This document shows positions 1 to 12,323 of a stretch of 64,000 bases of DNA, piece after piece. The stretch covers positions 620,001 through 684,000 of the forward strand of contig NW_026781862.1 of the NCBI RefSeq assembly GCF_031769215.1, given 5' to 3'. The position numbers were made by a program, and so were the translations under genes. The stretch is from Ylistrum balloti (lineage: Eukaryota). Below the pieces are notes generated by a model. It was not told the origin of the DNA, ran no database searches, and saw only the letters and a program-made list of their open reading frames with translations. The number at the start of each line of letters is the position of its first letter. Within the stretch, counting starts at the first letter, position 1.

Positions 1-851
1 AGTAACATATATCCGTCACACTGCTGTACTGTAGTAGTACTGTAACACTGCTGTAATGTAGTAGTACTGTAACACTGCTGTACTGTAGTAGTACTGTTAC
101 ACACTGCTGTACTGTAGTAGTACTGTAACAATGCTGTACTGTAGTAGTACTGTAACACACTGCTGTACTGTAGTAGTACAGTAACACTGCTGTACTGTAG
201 TAGTACTGTAACACACTGCTGTACTGTAGTAGTACAGTAACACTGCTGTACTGTAGTAGTACTGTAACACTGCTGTACTGTAGTAGTACTGTTACACACT
301 GCTGTACTGTAGTAGTACTGTAACAATGCTGTACTGTAGTAGTACTGTAACACACTGCTGTACTGTAGTAGTACTGTAACAATGCTGTACTGTAGTAGTA
401 CTGTAACACACTGCTGTACTGTAGTAGTACTGTAACACACTGCTGTACTGTAGCAGTACTGTAACACTGCTGTACTGTAGTAGTACTGTAACACTGCTGT
501 ACTGTAGTAGTACTGTAACAATGCTGTACTGTAGTAGTACTGTTACACACTGCTGTACTGTAGTAGTGCTGTAACACTGCTGTACTGTAGTAGTACTGTA
601 ACAATGCTGTACTGTAGTAGTACTGTTACACACTGCTGTACTGTAGTAGTGCTGTAACACACTGCTGTACTGTAGTAGTACTGTTACAAACTGCTGTACT
701 GTAGCAGTACTGTAACACTGCTGTACTGTAGTAGTACTGTTACACACTACTGTATTGCAGTAGTACTGTTACACACTGCTGTACTGTAGTAGTACTGTTA
801 CACACTGCTGTACTGTAGTAGTACTGTTACACACTGCTGTACTGTAGTAGT
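1..851. repeat. Tandem array, 29-31 bp unit (ACTGCTGTACTGTAGTAGTACTGTAACAC), about 28 copies, continues past window start
   Basis: Read directly. On the minus strand the unit is the last 7 codons, stop codon and 4 nt of the adjacent TRIM-like CDS. Confidence 0.97.
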
Positions 852-2404
852 TTTACATTGTCATCCTCAAACACTACCCACAGAACATCCTCCCTGTCTA
901 CACCTACTTCCCATGCCCCCAGTGGTTCTGTGTATATGATTCTGAGGAACTCACCACCTCCACTGAGGAGTAGGACCCTACAGTTGCTTAAATCCCCTAT
1001 GATGAGGTTCCCCACACTGTCATACACCACACACCAGGGGTTAAATAGTTCATCTTCTGTTTCTGGTGTTTGTTTATATGCACTGGGGATGTCACCTCTA
1101 TATACAAACAGTTCCTGGAAATCAGCATCCATGACAACAACATGTCTGTCTCCATCACCACTGTCACTTTCATCGTTGAAATCAATCACTGTGACATTGT
1201 GAGTTACTGGACACTCTGCCATCTTGTACAGTGTATGTAGTAATGGTTTCCGTGTCCTTCTGGTCATTGTAGTGAGCACCATTTGACCTTGTGTGGTAAA
1301 TTTCGAGATGTGCTTGTTCATTCCAACAATGATATGGTTACTGGCTGTAACACATATACACCTGGGGAACTCCTTGGTTCTGAATTTGTTTGTAAGTTGT
1401 CCTGATGCCAGTTCCATAATGTTTTTTTTCTCGTCACAGACCCACAGTGTGTGTGTTGTGGGTGATAGACTGATGTAATTGATGACAGCCGTATGTTTGA
1501 CCTCCTGTACTACTTTACCCTCCCTGTTTAAGAGAGTTAATGTATCACTTAAATAGTTACAGGTCCACACCTGACCATCAGTGGTGGGACATACAGACGA
1601 AATGCAACATGGAGATTCCCATTCCTTCATCACTATGGTCTCTAACCATAGTTTTTTACTTGTCACTGCTTTCTTCCCTTTTACTCCTGTTTGTTGTTGT
1701 TTAGAGGATTGCCCCTGTTCATCTGGTGCTGAGACTGACCGATCCTGGTCAATCGATGTTTGACCTGAGGTGGTAACTGTCCCTAAGGCCTGTTGTAGAT
1801 AATGGTGAGGATTTGTGTTAGGTGTGAAGCTGGTTGTACCTAGGACAGGTTTTACAGGGAAATTTAATGAGGGATATATTTCTGTGTCATAGATGTCCAG
1901 GTGAGAACCACGTTGAAGGGTCACCTGACAATCCTGTAATTGTTGTTTCAGCTGTTTGTCGTACATCTCCAGTTCATTTTTGTATTTCTGTATCAGCCTA
2001 GTGTTGTCCTCTTCCATCTGTTTATAAATAGAGAGTGTCTGTGTTGTATGTAGATCGAGTTCATGTTTTAATTTATCTGTTTGAGTTTTTAGTTGGAGTG
2101 AAAGTTTCTCAAAATTACTGGTGTTGTCTTTAAGTAGTATATCAGCAGAGGTGATATATTCCCCGACTTTTACCAGGTCATTTTGTTCTGTTTTTTCAAT
2201 GAAGTTTTCAATATCTTGTTTCTTTTGAGGAGTAATTGCACTGAGCTGACAAACAGGGTGACTTCCGTGAGTTGTCAACATACATGTTAGGCAGATAAGT
2301 TGATCACATTTCTCACAATAAAGATCCAGTTGCCTCCCTTTATGTTCACTACAGGTGGACTGACCTTTTGGATGGAAAAAGGTTTGATTGATAGGTGTTG
2401 CCAT
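827..2404 (-). CDS. RING-less TRIM-like protein (B-box, coiled coil, NHL/SMP-30-like beta-propeller), about 525 aa, single coding exon
   Basis: Open 535-codon ORF. B-box pattern CSEHKGRQLDLYCEKCDQLICLTCMLTTHGSH, then heptad-rich region, then propeller repeats (NPWCVVYDSVGNLIIGD). Acceptor TTTTTGTCCTTTCAG ends at 2423, so the likely start is MATP at 2404, not 2434. Confidence 0.88.
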   Translation of the reverse strand: MATPINQTFFHPKGQSTCSEHKGRQLDLYCEKCDQLICLTCMLTTHGSHPVCQLSAITPQKKQDIENFIEKTEQNDLVKVGEYITSADILLKDNTSNFEKLSLQLKTQTDKLKHELDLHTTQTLSIYKQMEEDNTRLIQKYKNELEMYDKQLKQQLQDCQVTLQRGSHLDIYDTEIYPSLNFPVKPVLGTTSFTPNTNPHHYLQQALGTVTTSGQTSIDQDRSVSAPDEQGQSSKQQQTGVKGKKAVTSKKLWLETIVMKEWESPCCISSVCPTTDGQVWTCNYLSDTLTLLNREGKVVQEVKHTAVINYISLSPTTHTLWVCDEKKNIMELASGQLTNKFRTKEFPRCICVTASNHIIVGMNKHISKFTTQGQMVLTTMTRRTRKPLLHTLYKMAECPVTHNVTVIDFNDESDSGDGDRHVVVMDADFQELFVYRGDIPSAYKQTPETEDELFNPWCVVYDSVGNLIIGDLSNCRVLLLSGGGEFLRIIYTEPLGAWEVGVDREDVLWVVFEDDNVKLLQYSSV

Positions 2405-2620
2405 GATGAAGATCAGAGAAATCTGAAAGGACAAAAATTACTAGTTATATATATTTATAGATGCTGAAATAACAAGAAACTAACACTGTCACAAGATGAT
2501 AAAACACCCCAGAGAGATACTGGTGCTCACCATTGTTTGATATTAATCTGTTATTCAAAAATTTGATTTTTCTCTTCTTGCCTCCATTTCAAATTTTCTC
2601 AAGGTTTAAAAGTTATTTTA

Positions 2621-3536
2621 TCAAGAGGCCAAGTGACCTTGACAGTCACCTGAGATAAGCAATGTTGAATATAAACATTAAACGGTAGTTATCAAGTGTC
2701 ATGAAATAGAAAGTGTGACAATGAATATAGTAGTCAGTATCTATACATGCATACCTTCAAACCTGTCATCCTATACTAATGATTCTTACAAAGTTTTTTC
2801 CAGCATTATGCTCAAACAGGCAATTTTTTTATGAAAATTACAGTAAAGTTTAAAAAAAACTTCCTTCCCAGGAAGAAATATGAGACCCATTTTGGTATTT
2901 AAAGCACCTTCCATGCTTCCATTCATACAGAGCGTTTGATTCTACCATACCTGAGTGTTGAGAAGGAATTTTTTAAAATTTAAGTCAATTTGACCCCTTT
3001 TGGCCCCACCCATCAGCCCCCGGGGGTCAGTCAGGATCAATAAGGGCATACCATCAAGTTGTTATCCTTCACTCACAATTCTAATCACGTTTGAAATATT
3101 TCAATGGAAATTAAACAAATTACACTCAGAAATCTATTTTTCCTATATAAATTATAGTAAACTTTATCCCCTCCCCACAGGGAAATGCGAGACCCTGGGG
3201 CCATAAAATTCACAATTTTGGTAAAGCACCTTAAGATTCATGAAGAGTATTTGATTCTTTCATCTCTGAGTATTGAGAAGAAAATTTTGAAATCCAAGTC
3301 AATTTGACCCCTTTTCGCCCCACCCCTCAGGCCCCTTTGGGGTAGAGACTGTAAAATTCACAATTTTGTTTGGTTCATCTTAGGCCAGGAAAGATTTCTG
3401 CAAATTTTATTGAAAATGGATTAGGAGTTTTTGAGAAGAAGTCAAAAAATGTTCAAAAGTTTACAGATGCACAACACGTCACAAGAAGGTGATTGCAATA
3501 GGTCAACATGAGAATTTGTCTCAGGTGACCTAAAAA
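2621..3536 (-). mobile_element. Non-autonomous Helentron-associated (HINE-like) interspersed repeat
   Basis: Minus strand starts TTTTAGGTCACCTGAGACAAATTCTCATGTTGACC. Other end reads CAAGAGGCC...TCACCTGAG. Same family start recurs at 56440 and 59155. Confidence 0.65.
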
Positions 3537-3539
3537 GTT

Positions 3540-3920
3540 GTTTCTCTGATAAATTCCAAAATTAAACGGGCAGATTTAGGGACAAAAAGGGAACCTACAT
3601 ATGAAATCTGAGAAAGATCTGTTATTTACATCTCAAGAAATTGCAATAACTAACTTTCATTGTCAAAATGCAAGATGGCTACATCTGTTAAAGCCATTTT
3701 GTTTTTTGTTTTTTTCTGATCAAATCCAAAATCAAAAGACAAAAGGGCACAACTAGACACTTAGAGAAACCTACATGGATAAAATAAATCTAGTACTTTT
3801 CAAGAAATAGTGATAGCTGGAGCTGTTCACAGACGGTTGAGAGGCAAACAATTGATGGACGACAGACCACGGACGTAGGGCATTCTAAATAACCCACTAC
3901 CTGATGATGGTGTGCTTATG
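3540..3920 (-). mobile_element. HINE-like repeat fragment, same family as 62079-63700
   Basis: Reverse complement AAGCACACCATCATCAGGTAGTGGGTTATTTAGAATGCCCTACGTCCGTGGTCTGTCGTCC matches the 5' hairpin and CGTC tract at 62083-62150. Confidence 0.65.
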
Positions 3921-4564
3921 AAATGTGTACAAGCATTGTATGTGTAAGATTGAGAGACATAATGTTATTGACATGTATATTCTGGTACATTTCACAATTT
4001 CATATTATAGTCCTTTCTTTAAATAAACGGATAAATACCTGGTTGTGACTAGTGATCCACATGTGCGAACTACCAGATAATATTAGTTCCTTGTTGTGGG
4101 TCGTTGCTATCAGTGACGATCAGGTGGGTAAATTGCACAGGTGACCTGTCGAAATTATTTTTAAAAGTTCTGCAGTTAAACTGTGGCGTAGTGTCAGATA
4201 ACTACTGTGTTGACACGAGGTAATTTTACCTCTTTCTCATTAGATATCGAGCTAACTCCTGCCCTACATCAATATCAAAATTAACTTTCCACTTTCCTTC
4301 ACCGTACTGATGAAATATTCATATTTTTGTTTAAAAACATACATATATAGAAACTATATGCGCATATCAATTACAAAACCAATTAAGTAAAAAAAACTAA
4401 GGGAATAAAAAATACACATTTGTGGTATACTCCAAGACCACGATACGGTGAATCATTTATGTGTAATTTACGGGATTCGTATCCTTAATGTTCGATAGTG
4501 GTAGAATAATTTTTAACCAATCAAATCAAAGAAAGAGCATTGCTGCAGAAAACAATATGGCATC

Positions 4565-7500
4565 ATGATGAACGAACCTATTCGCCGACCTGATCAAATA
4601 TCTCCCAAATCGAGTCCCCGGGGGTCTCGCTCACCGGCCTACCCCCGCGCGGACTCGTCTGGGACCCTCAGAACCACCATCAGTCTGGGAAGGGTGCCGT
4701 CGGTGATACATTCTGGACCTTTCTATCTCGTGAAAGATATGGGGTCTGGGACAGCCAGTGAGTTCACTTCAGCACATGTACATGTTGTTATATTTGGCCA
4801 CTTGACAGCTGTATCCGGCCGAGCGAATATACTTTCAAGTTGCTCCATGTTGATGTATTATTGATCCATTGTCCATTTTAGAAACACTTCCTTGAAATTG
4901 ACATCCTTCATATTAGCAACCCGCTGAACAAAACAAATGAATAATTCCTAAAAAGAGTATAGACGAAATTAGAAACCATTCAGACTGTGTTATAGGGAAT
5001 TTCGTTTATTCTTATTTGTAGAACGTAAGATTGCTTTTTTATACCTTTTTACAATGTAAGTCTATGAACACTTAAATTGCGAACGACAATTCAACAGTCT
5101 AACACTACCTGCATCGGTCTGTTTCAAGTAGTTCTGTGTAGTGCCAGGCTGTTATTAGTGTAACTGGTAATGGCAATGCAATTTAATTTCTAAGCAGAGT
5201 AACTGGACACACTGGAATGACTTAAGCTAGCAAACTAAAGGTCTGAAATGGCTAGTGAGGCAAATCAACTTGTTTTACTTTGAAATGAATCCAAGACTTC
5301 TGGGTACATTGCGCATGCAGGAATTATTTTTTAGTTCACTGCACCCAAGGTGGATTTTTTTCTACCTTTTATGAACACCTCTGTTCTGTCTCTAAAATGA
5401 GTGTAGTCAATGAAAATGTATGTACCTATAACAGCATAATAAATATGAATATGAATCAGAGACTTTCTTTCACTCTGCACCAAATCAGTTTTATTTGTAG
5501 GGAAGCAATCAGACACAACACCAGTAACATTCAGAGTCACTCAAGGCATCTTTGGGCCCTACTGTTTTCCTCATTTACATTATATAATGACTTTCATGAT
5601 GACAACATCATGTACAAGACAATATACAACATATGACACACTGAAACTACAATAAGACCTTGAGGCAGAATGACAATGAGAGACAGACTGACTTTTGACC
5701 TTTCATCGCAACAAATGCAACATCATTAGCATCGTATCAAAATGCAACAAATACATCACAATAACAACTCCATAACCATGCACTAGAACACACAGAATCA
5801 AGCAAATATTTAGTTATTTCATTACAAAAAAACCTACTCTGAGACAAATACAGCAACAACATCATAGCAAACACACAAAAAAAATCATTAGATTTTCAAT
5901 ATATGTAACTTGAAAATTAGCTCTATACAAATAAAAGGACATGCATACAAAGTACCAACTTTACCCAAACTAGATAGAATTCTGTACCCCTAAGAAGACC
6001 GCAGTATGTAGTGTACAGTAGGTCAGGACCAGGAACATATCATGTGGGAACTGGAAGAAAGGTGTAATAGAGGCTAATCTATTGTTAACAGCAAGCTTTT
6101 GTGTTCACTGAGCCGTGAAATCTGTGAAGCCCCTTCTCCTCACTTATAGCTGTTTTCTAATCTTGTTTACATGTGCTCAATTAAGTTCTATGTCAAAGCT
6201 AGCTTCAACTAAATGCTGGCTAGCCTAACTAGAACTTATAAAATGTAGGGTGATATTTCAGTTGTAAATAACATAAACATGTATTTTGTTTAAAAAATAT
6301 CAAATGTTTGTTGAAATTATTTGTCATAAAAGTTAACATGTTCAGTTTAAAGGTTTTTCAGCCTTTTGCTACTGTTTATTTTGAAAATATTTCTGTATCT
6401 ACTTAAAGTGTGTGCATATATATGCATATCAAGTCAACAGTAGTTACCAGGTGACTCAAATTCTCCTATCCATCTATTTTATGTCTCTGGCCTATTTGTA
6501 TTTACATTATGCCCATAACATGATAAATTTGTTTATATACTCCATCAGTATGCAAATTAATCATTTTCAGGAAACATTCCATCTTTTCAAACTGTTCTTA
6601 TTATCAGTACCATGACTTATGGAGCTACTTTTTGGGAATCACATGAAAGCTTCATTATAAGAGCATGTTATAGATTAGTATGGAGAGAGTCGGATTGATT
6701 GTAGCAGAATGTGTTCCAGGGTGATGAATTTTTCGCAGTACTGGATGTATTTTATAGAATTATAGTAATGAGAAATAGAGCATAATAAAAGCAACATGGA
6801 ATAGTTTTGAATTTTGAAGGAATTATGGTTTCACTTTCACCATGACCCCATATAATGGTACATCAAGGTCTGTTACCCAGTATGAAGGTCTGTTGGAAAT
6901 ACAACCCTACTCTGTATTTACATAATTTAGCTTCAAAGCAGTTACAGGAATGATCAGTGAATGCATGATTTCGATAAACTGACATGATCCTATTCAACAA
7001 ACCATCCCCGAGTATAGAGTTGATACAGTATATAGGTTATAACTTAAGTGACTCGCAACATCACACAGAATACATATGATAGACACTTCAGGGATGCAGT
7101 AATGAAGCTTATATTGATGGAGGTTCATTTTTCAAATGAGTGCCACTGTTGAATAACATAGTTAATTTTCTTACAACAATATGAAGGGAAGTTGATTTAG
7201 TTGATATTGTTGAATGTTAAATAGATCACAAATCTCAATATAATGATCCTTGTCATGTATAGTTTACTGCTGGATAAAGGGAGATAATTATTAATTACCC
7301 ACCATAACTACCTTATCTACACCTAGTAATATGTTATTGTTATTGCAATAATATATTATGCATGTAGCCATCAATAATATCTGTAAGCCCTGCCCTATAT
7401 GGGCTCTGTTTTGGACTTACAAAACCTTGTTTTTTCATTCCACATACTTTGATTACAATTTTTAATGTGGCATCATTAAAATTTCTGCAGATGTGAAGTG

Positions 7501-7914
7501 TACACCATTTGTACTGTACCAGATACCCTGAAGGTTTTGTCCACCTATGAAAATGCATACTTATGTTATTACTTCACTGTATGATTTTCTTATGTTAATA
7601 GATCCATCAGAGATGACTGGGAGTAACAACCTGATCATCCATTATGATCTAGAACATTCCTACAGCAAGTTCTGTAAGAAAGAGGGTAAAGAAGAACTCA
7701 GTGCATTCCTACCCAATCTGCCTGGCTACATAGATGCCCCCGGTATCAATGATAACAGGTATGAGTCCGTAGCAAAAGAATATTACTATTATTAAAACTA
7801 TCCATAAGCTATAATAGGTTTTTGTGTAAGGGAAAAAAATCTTGATGGCTTTTATAAATCTTTGTAATTGTTTTGATATGTCTTTCTTTCTTTCTTTTTT
7901 TTCTTTCTTTTTTT

Positions 7915-7950
<36 letters not shown>

Positions 7951-10919
7951 TCACTTGAAGGATAAAATATCCAATGTTTTGTTATGGATTATGGAAGAAT
8001 TAGATTTAAAACTTTATGTTATGTTAGGTGTTTATCTTTTAATATGACAAGGGAACCACATATTGCTATTGATACATATACCAGGTAGTCCAGGCCTGGA
8101 CTTACTACAGGATAATAAAATAGGATTGGCCTGCAATCCAACATTACTGGATGAATATTGTAATGATGTTACTTATATCCTGGCACCAGTTGTCTTACAT
8201 GAACAAAGAATAGAACCATATTTGTTTATGCTTTACATAATCTAAATTATTCTGACATTAAATAACTTTTATATAGTGGTCTGGATGGACTAGTACTCCA
8301 AGCTGATATATAAGTCATTAGAATGTCAGAATAATTTGGTCTGTACTTAACATTGTAAATTATATCTGTTCATAATAACAAACATTTAAATTCTTTTTTC
8401 CAGCTCTCTCCGGTCTCTAATAGATAAACCCCCCATCACTGGAAAGGAATTAAATCCTCTGTCTAACAGTTCTTTGACAGGCTTCCGTCTCCACCCTGGA
8501 CCAGTACGTATTACACGACCTCAGGCCAATATGTGGCATTTAGTTGAAGCCTTTTTATAAATATGAAGTATTTTACAATGATTGATGACGTTTGAAAACT
8601 ATCAATATTATTGATTTTTTATACTATTAGATTTGCATTTCTATGACAAATGATGAAATTGATACAAGTAATATTCTGATCTCAAAAATTCAAATGTTGA
8701 TGAATATCGAAAGCATTCGGTTGTGTAATTGAATTAATTGCAGAAATTACTTCTAAAAAGCAATTACAATGTCAAAATAAAACTCTTCTTCTTTTTCAAA
8801 TGATGAAATTTTAAACTTCTACAGAGTTCTTACTTAAAATGCAGAGATACTGAAAGATAACACACTCTCGTTGTCTTTCTGATGTAAACTGAAAATGCAT
8901 GAATATTAATAGTAAAATGTAAGAATTTGGATTTTTAAAAAAAATTGATAAAGATTTTGTGCATTTTGACACAATAATGTACCTGAAAAAAGAAGAATCT
9001 ATCACTTGTGTATGTTAGAGATTGATCAATCTCATTGTCAGGCTGACATTCTGTAACATCTCATCAGTGTCAGGCTGACATTCTGTCAAATCTCAGTGTC
9101 AGGCTGACATTCTGTAACATCACATCAGTGTCAGACAGACATTCTGTAATATCTCAATGTCAGGCTGACATTCTGTAACATCTCAGTCTCATTCTGTCAT
9201 TCTGTAATATCTCCTTGCTGGATGAGATTTGTCACAGAATGTTAGCCCTTAACTTAAATGAATCCATCTCAAACACAAATAATGATCAGATCCTCTGTTA
9301 GACTGTGTTATCTTCTCTGTTCTGAGATATCAGGCAACAGAGAATTTTCAGTTTTATTTTCAATTTTAATTTGTAAATTTTAATTACATAGTTATCAAAA
9401 TGCTGAAGTAACATGCTACTGTATATCAAGAATGTTTTAAGGAAATTTTTGTAATAAAAGAAAATTTTGACTTGTTCGTTTTTCAAATAGTGCTTTGATA
9501 TATGCAGTAATGTCAGCTCTTTACATTATTCTTTTAGCTGCCAGAACAGTATAGGTTTATGAACCAGATGCCAAAGAAAAAGCCAAAACCCAAGCGGAAA
9601 AAAGATGAAAAAACAAGTGCTTTGCAGGACTATCCAGGTGCGGAAGGGTTATTGATAATATTTAGTTGTATAGGATTGTTAAAGCGACAGAAAATAATAA
9701 ACTGATGTTCCCCGTCTTGTTTTCTGATTTCTCCTTATTGAAATTTTGACCCTAAAAGACATCAGCTCTATAATAGATAATATACTGTAATTGAAAACAT
9801 TACTTTGAAATGAAGTTAGATACAAGAAAAATTGGGATTTGTACTGTGTAGGCGTTTTTGTTGAAATTTTGCTGTTGACACTGCTTGATTGAATGAATTG
9901 ATATCATTTTTCTTACTTTTTAAAATCTTTCGCTCATCTTGTCGTCTAATATTGTCATGATACATGCATTGATATTAGACATCAAAGACTCTTGCTTTCC
10001 AATGGACAGTGGTGATATTAGCATAAAACAATCAAGGATAGATACAATGTGATGTGAAGAAGATAATTGTGAAACATTTGTAGATTACGTAAATAATTTT
10101 GCAATGCAGTAATGCTATTTTGTCTGAATAACATATCAATCCTAAGTATGTTATATATGTATAGATATATATATCTGAGACATTATATTCTTGTTTACAG
10201 ATAATCCCGTAGAAAGTGGCCATGATAAAAAGACAAAGAAACCAAAACATGATACAGAGAAACAGAAACGCAAAAAGAAGAAAAAGAAAAAAGTGAAGGA
10301 AAAAGATGAAGGTAAAATTTCACTACAGATAGTGCTGGTTTGTTTCTTGAGAAATCTCAATTACTCAAATGTTTTGGGAACACACATGATTCTGTTTATA
10401 TCCCTACCCTGCTGAAAGATCTCAATGACTCAGTGTTGTGGAGAAGAAAGATAATAACCACTGTTTAAGATTTCACACTGCTTTGAGGACTTCACAAATG
10501 AACATTTAAGGGAAGAAACAGTGTTTAAAACTCCAATCTGTGATATCAGTGACTCAACATTACAGGGAAAAAATAATTAAAACATTGCTCATAGAAACAA
10601 CATTGTTCATAATTACATTTCATAACTAAATTTTCCTTCAAGATCTTGTGAATTGAATATTACAAGCAAGAATATTATAAACACCTTCCCCTCATCCATG
10701 ATCTTTTTATTTTATTTTTTTTTTTGTCAATTGGGGGGTGTGGCCCGCTGATCTGAAATCAAAGTATGCATATGATTATCCTTTTCTCCTGATGGGATTT
10801 CCATGTGGAATGTTTCTTACATACATGATTAGTACTATGAGATTGTTAGGATTTAGTAAGTGATTATTTCATTAGTTAACATCTCTTTGTTTTTTTCCAT
10901 TTCAGAGTCACAGTCCTGA
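4565..10919 (+). CDS. MED19: Mediator of RNA polymerase II transcription subunit 19, join(4565..4757,7602..7758,8404..8503,9538..9637,10201..10311,10906..10919), 224 aa
   Basis: Recognised motifs SPKSSPRGSRSP, DSSGTLRTTISLG, HSGPFYLVKD, MTGSNNLIIHYDLEHSYSKF, LSAFLPNLPGYIDAPG, SSLRSLIDKPPI, GFRLHPGPLPEQYR and a Lys-rich tail. All introns GT-AG with compatible phases; total 675 nt is divisible by 3. The last exon frame is less certain (see findings). Confidence 0.95.
7882..7952. repeat. (TTTC)n-type microsatellite in MED19 intron 2
   Basis: Read directly. Confidence 0.95.
9040..9215. repeat. Tandem array, about 28-32 bp unit (CAGTGTCAGGCTGACATTCTGTAACATCTCAT), about 6 copies, MED19 intron 3
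   Basis: Read directly. Confidence 0.9.
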
Positions 10920-12164
10920 ATCTGGTTTAGTATCTGTAGATCTGTGTTTTAAAGTGCAATACATGTAGAAGTGGAGTCTACAACCCTGTCAGAGCTGGCC
11001 TGGTTTTAATATACTAATTAAGGATGTTGTCTGGATTATGTGAGATTTGTGACATGCTTTGGATAAGAACAGGGTTTATCTGCTCATGTGACTGATTTTG
11101 GACTACACTGCCGTGTGACTGTTGTCATGTGACTGATTGGTTGTGTGACTGATTTTACATTACACTGAAATATACTTGGTAATCTTGATCATGTAATGAT
11201 TTCAACATACACTGAAATGTTTTCTTGGATGTATGACTGTGTGAAAACAAGAGGGTACTTTGACACTGGAGTCAACTGGAGTCACATGTTAACCTGGATA
11301 TGTCTTAGCTGAATATACTGGATTGTCAGTTCTGGATTTGTCCTTCCAGATATTCATTGTACTCATCAAACTGGAGTAATGTTAGTACTGGTGCTTGGAC
11401 AATTATTGGAATGTCATTGTTCATTTGTTATCTGTAATGTTGATTGGAGAAAGTGGATTTTTTGTAGTCGCTATCTCTCAAACAATATCAGAAACCATTC
11501 TTTGGTAGCTTTTACTGTCTCAGGTTAGAAGTTCTAAGTGACAGGTTAAAAACAGTTATGAATTTTGATGGCATAGCATAAGATATTCATTTCAAAATGC
11601 AAAAACTTTGAACTACTTACATGTATGAATGTTTATTTTTCCTATAGAGAACTAGATTAAGGTTTGTAATACATATGAACCAGTTTTAAGGTGAGTCTGA
11701 CATGTCTATCCAATGACATGGACTTGGTGTGTATATGGGAAAGAGACTTGATGTTAAAGATTTTCTATGCCCAAGTCATAACATGTTAATGAGAAGTTTT
11801 TCTATGTAATAAAATTGAAATGTGTATTTATCACCCTTGTTCTTTTTTACTTATTTGCCTTAGTAATTGGTAACTGTAGATACCTAAAAATGAAAAAGCT
11901 CCAACACAGAACTAACCACAGGGTACTTAGGATGTTTTGTTGGCAAGACAGAACAATGTGTATTACCCAAAATCTTCTGATACATCATCAAAATGATTCA
12001 GAAATACGAAATTGACCTGTGTCTATTCGAACAACAGGAAACGGAAAAAAAAAACAAAATAGATTCATCATAATGCTAGCGTGTATGGCTGATGATTAAA
12101 ACATTCATTTTTTTGTTTTTTTTTTGTTTTTATCTCCAAACTATCATATATGACCGACGACTCT

Positions 12165-12323
12165 TACATATAACTATTTGAAGGGAGGTAATCCAATATG
12201 GCGGATGTAGAACTCAGGAATGATAACCCCAAGAATGGCATGTTCCTGCATATAATGTGCACCCCCTTTTTGACACGACAGTTTTAGCTTGAAAAAGTGT
12301 GCACTATACCGGAAATTTACTGT
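12165..12323 (-). mobile_element. Possible end of a Tc2/pogo-type MITE
   Basis: Reverse complement TACAGTAAATTTCCGGTATAGTGCACAC...GGGGGTGCACATTATATGCAGG resembles Tc2-group termini as I recall them. The second terminus was not found. Confidence 0.35.

Noticed and set aside
292-747. 151-aa repetitive ORF
   Set aside because: Translation of the 29-31 bp array downstream of the TRIM stop codon; no independent start or splice context.
4640-4864. GC-rich segment first suspected to be a hairpin MITE, and the ORF tail after 4757
   Set aside because: The segment is MED19 exon 1. The GTGAGT donor at 4758 ends coding, so the rest of the ORF is intron.
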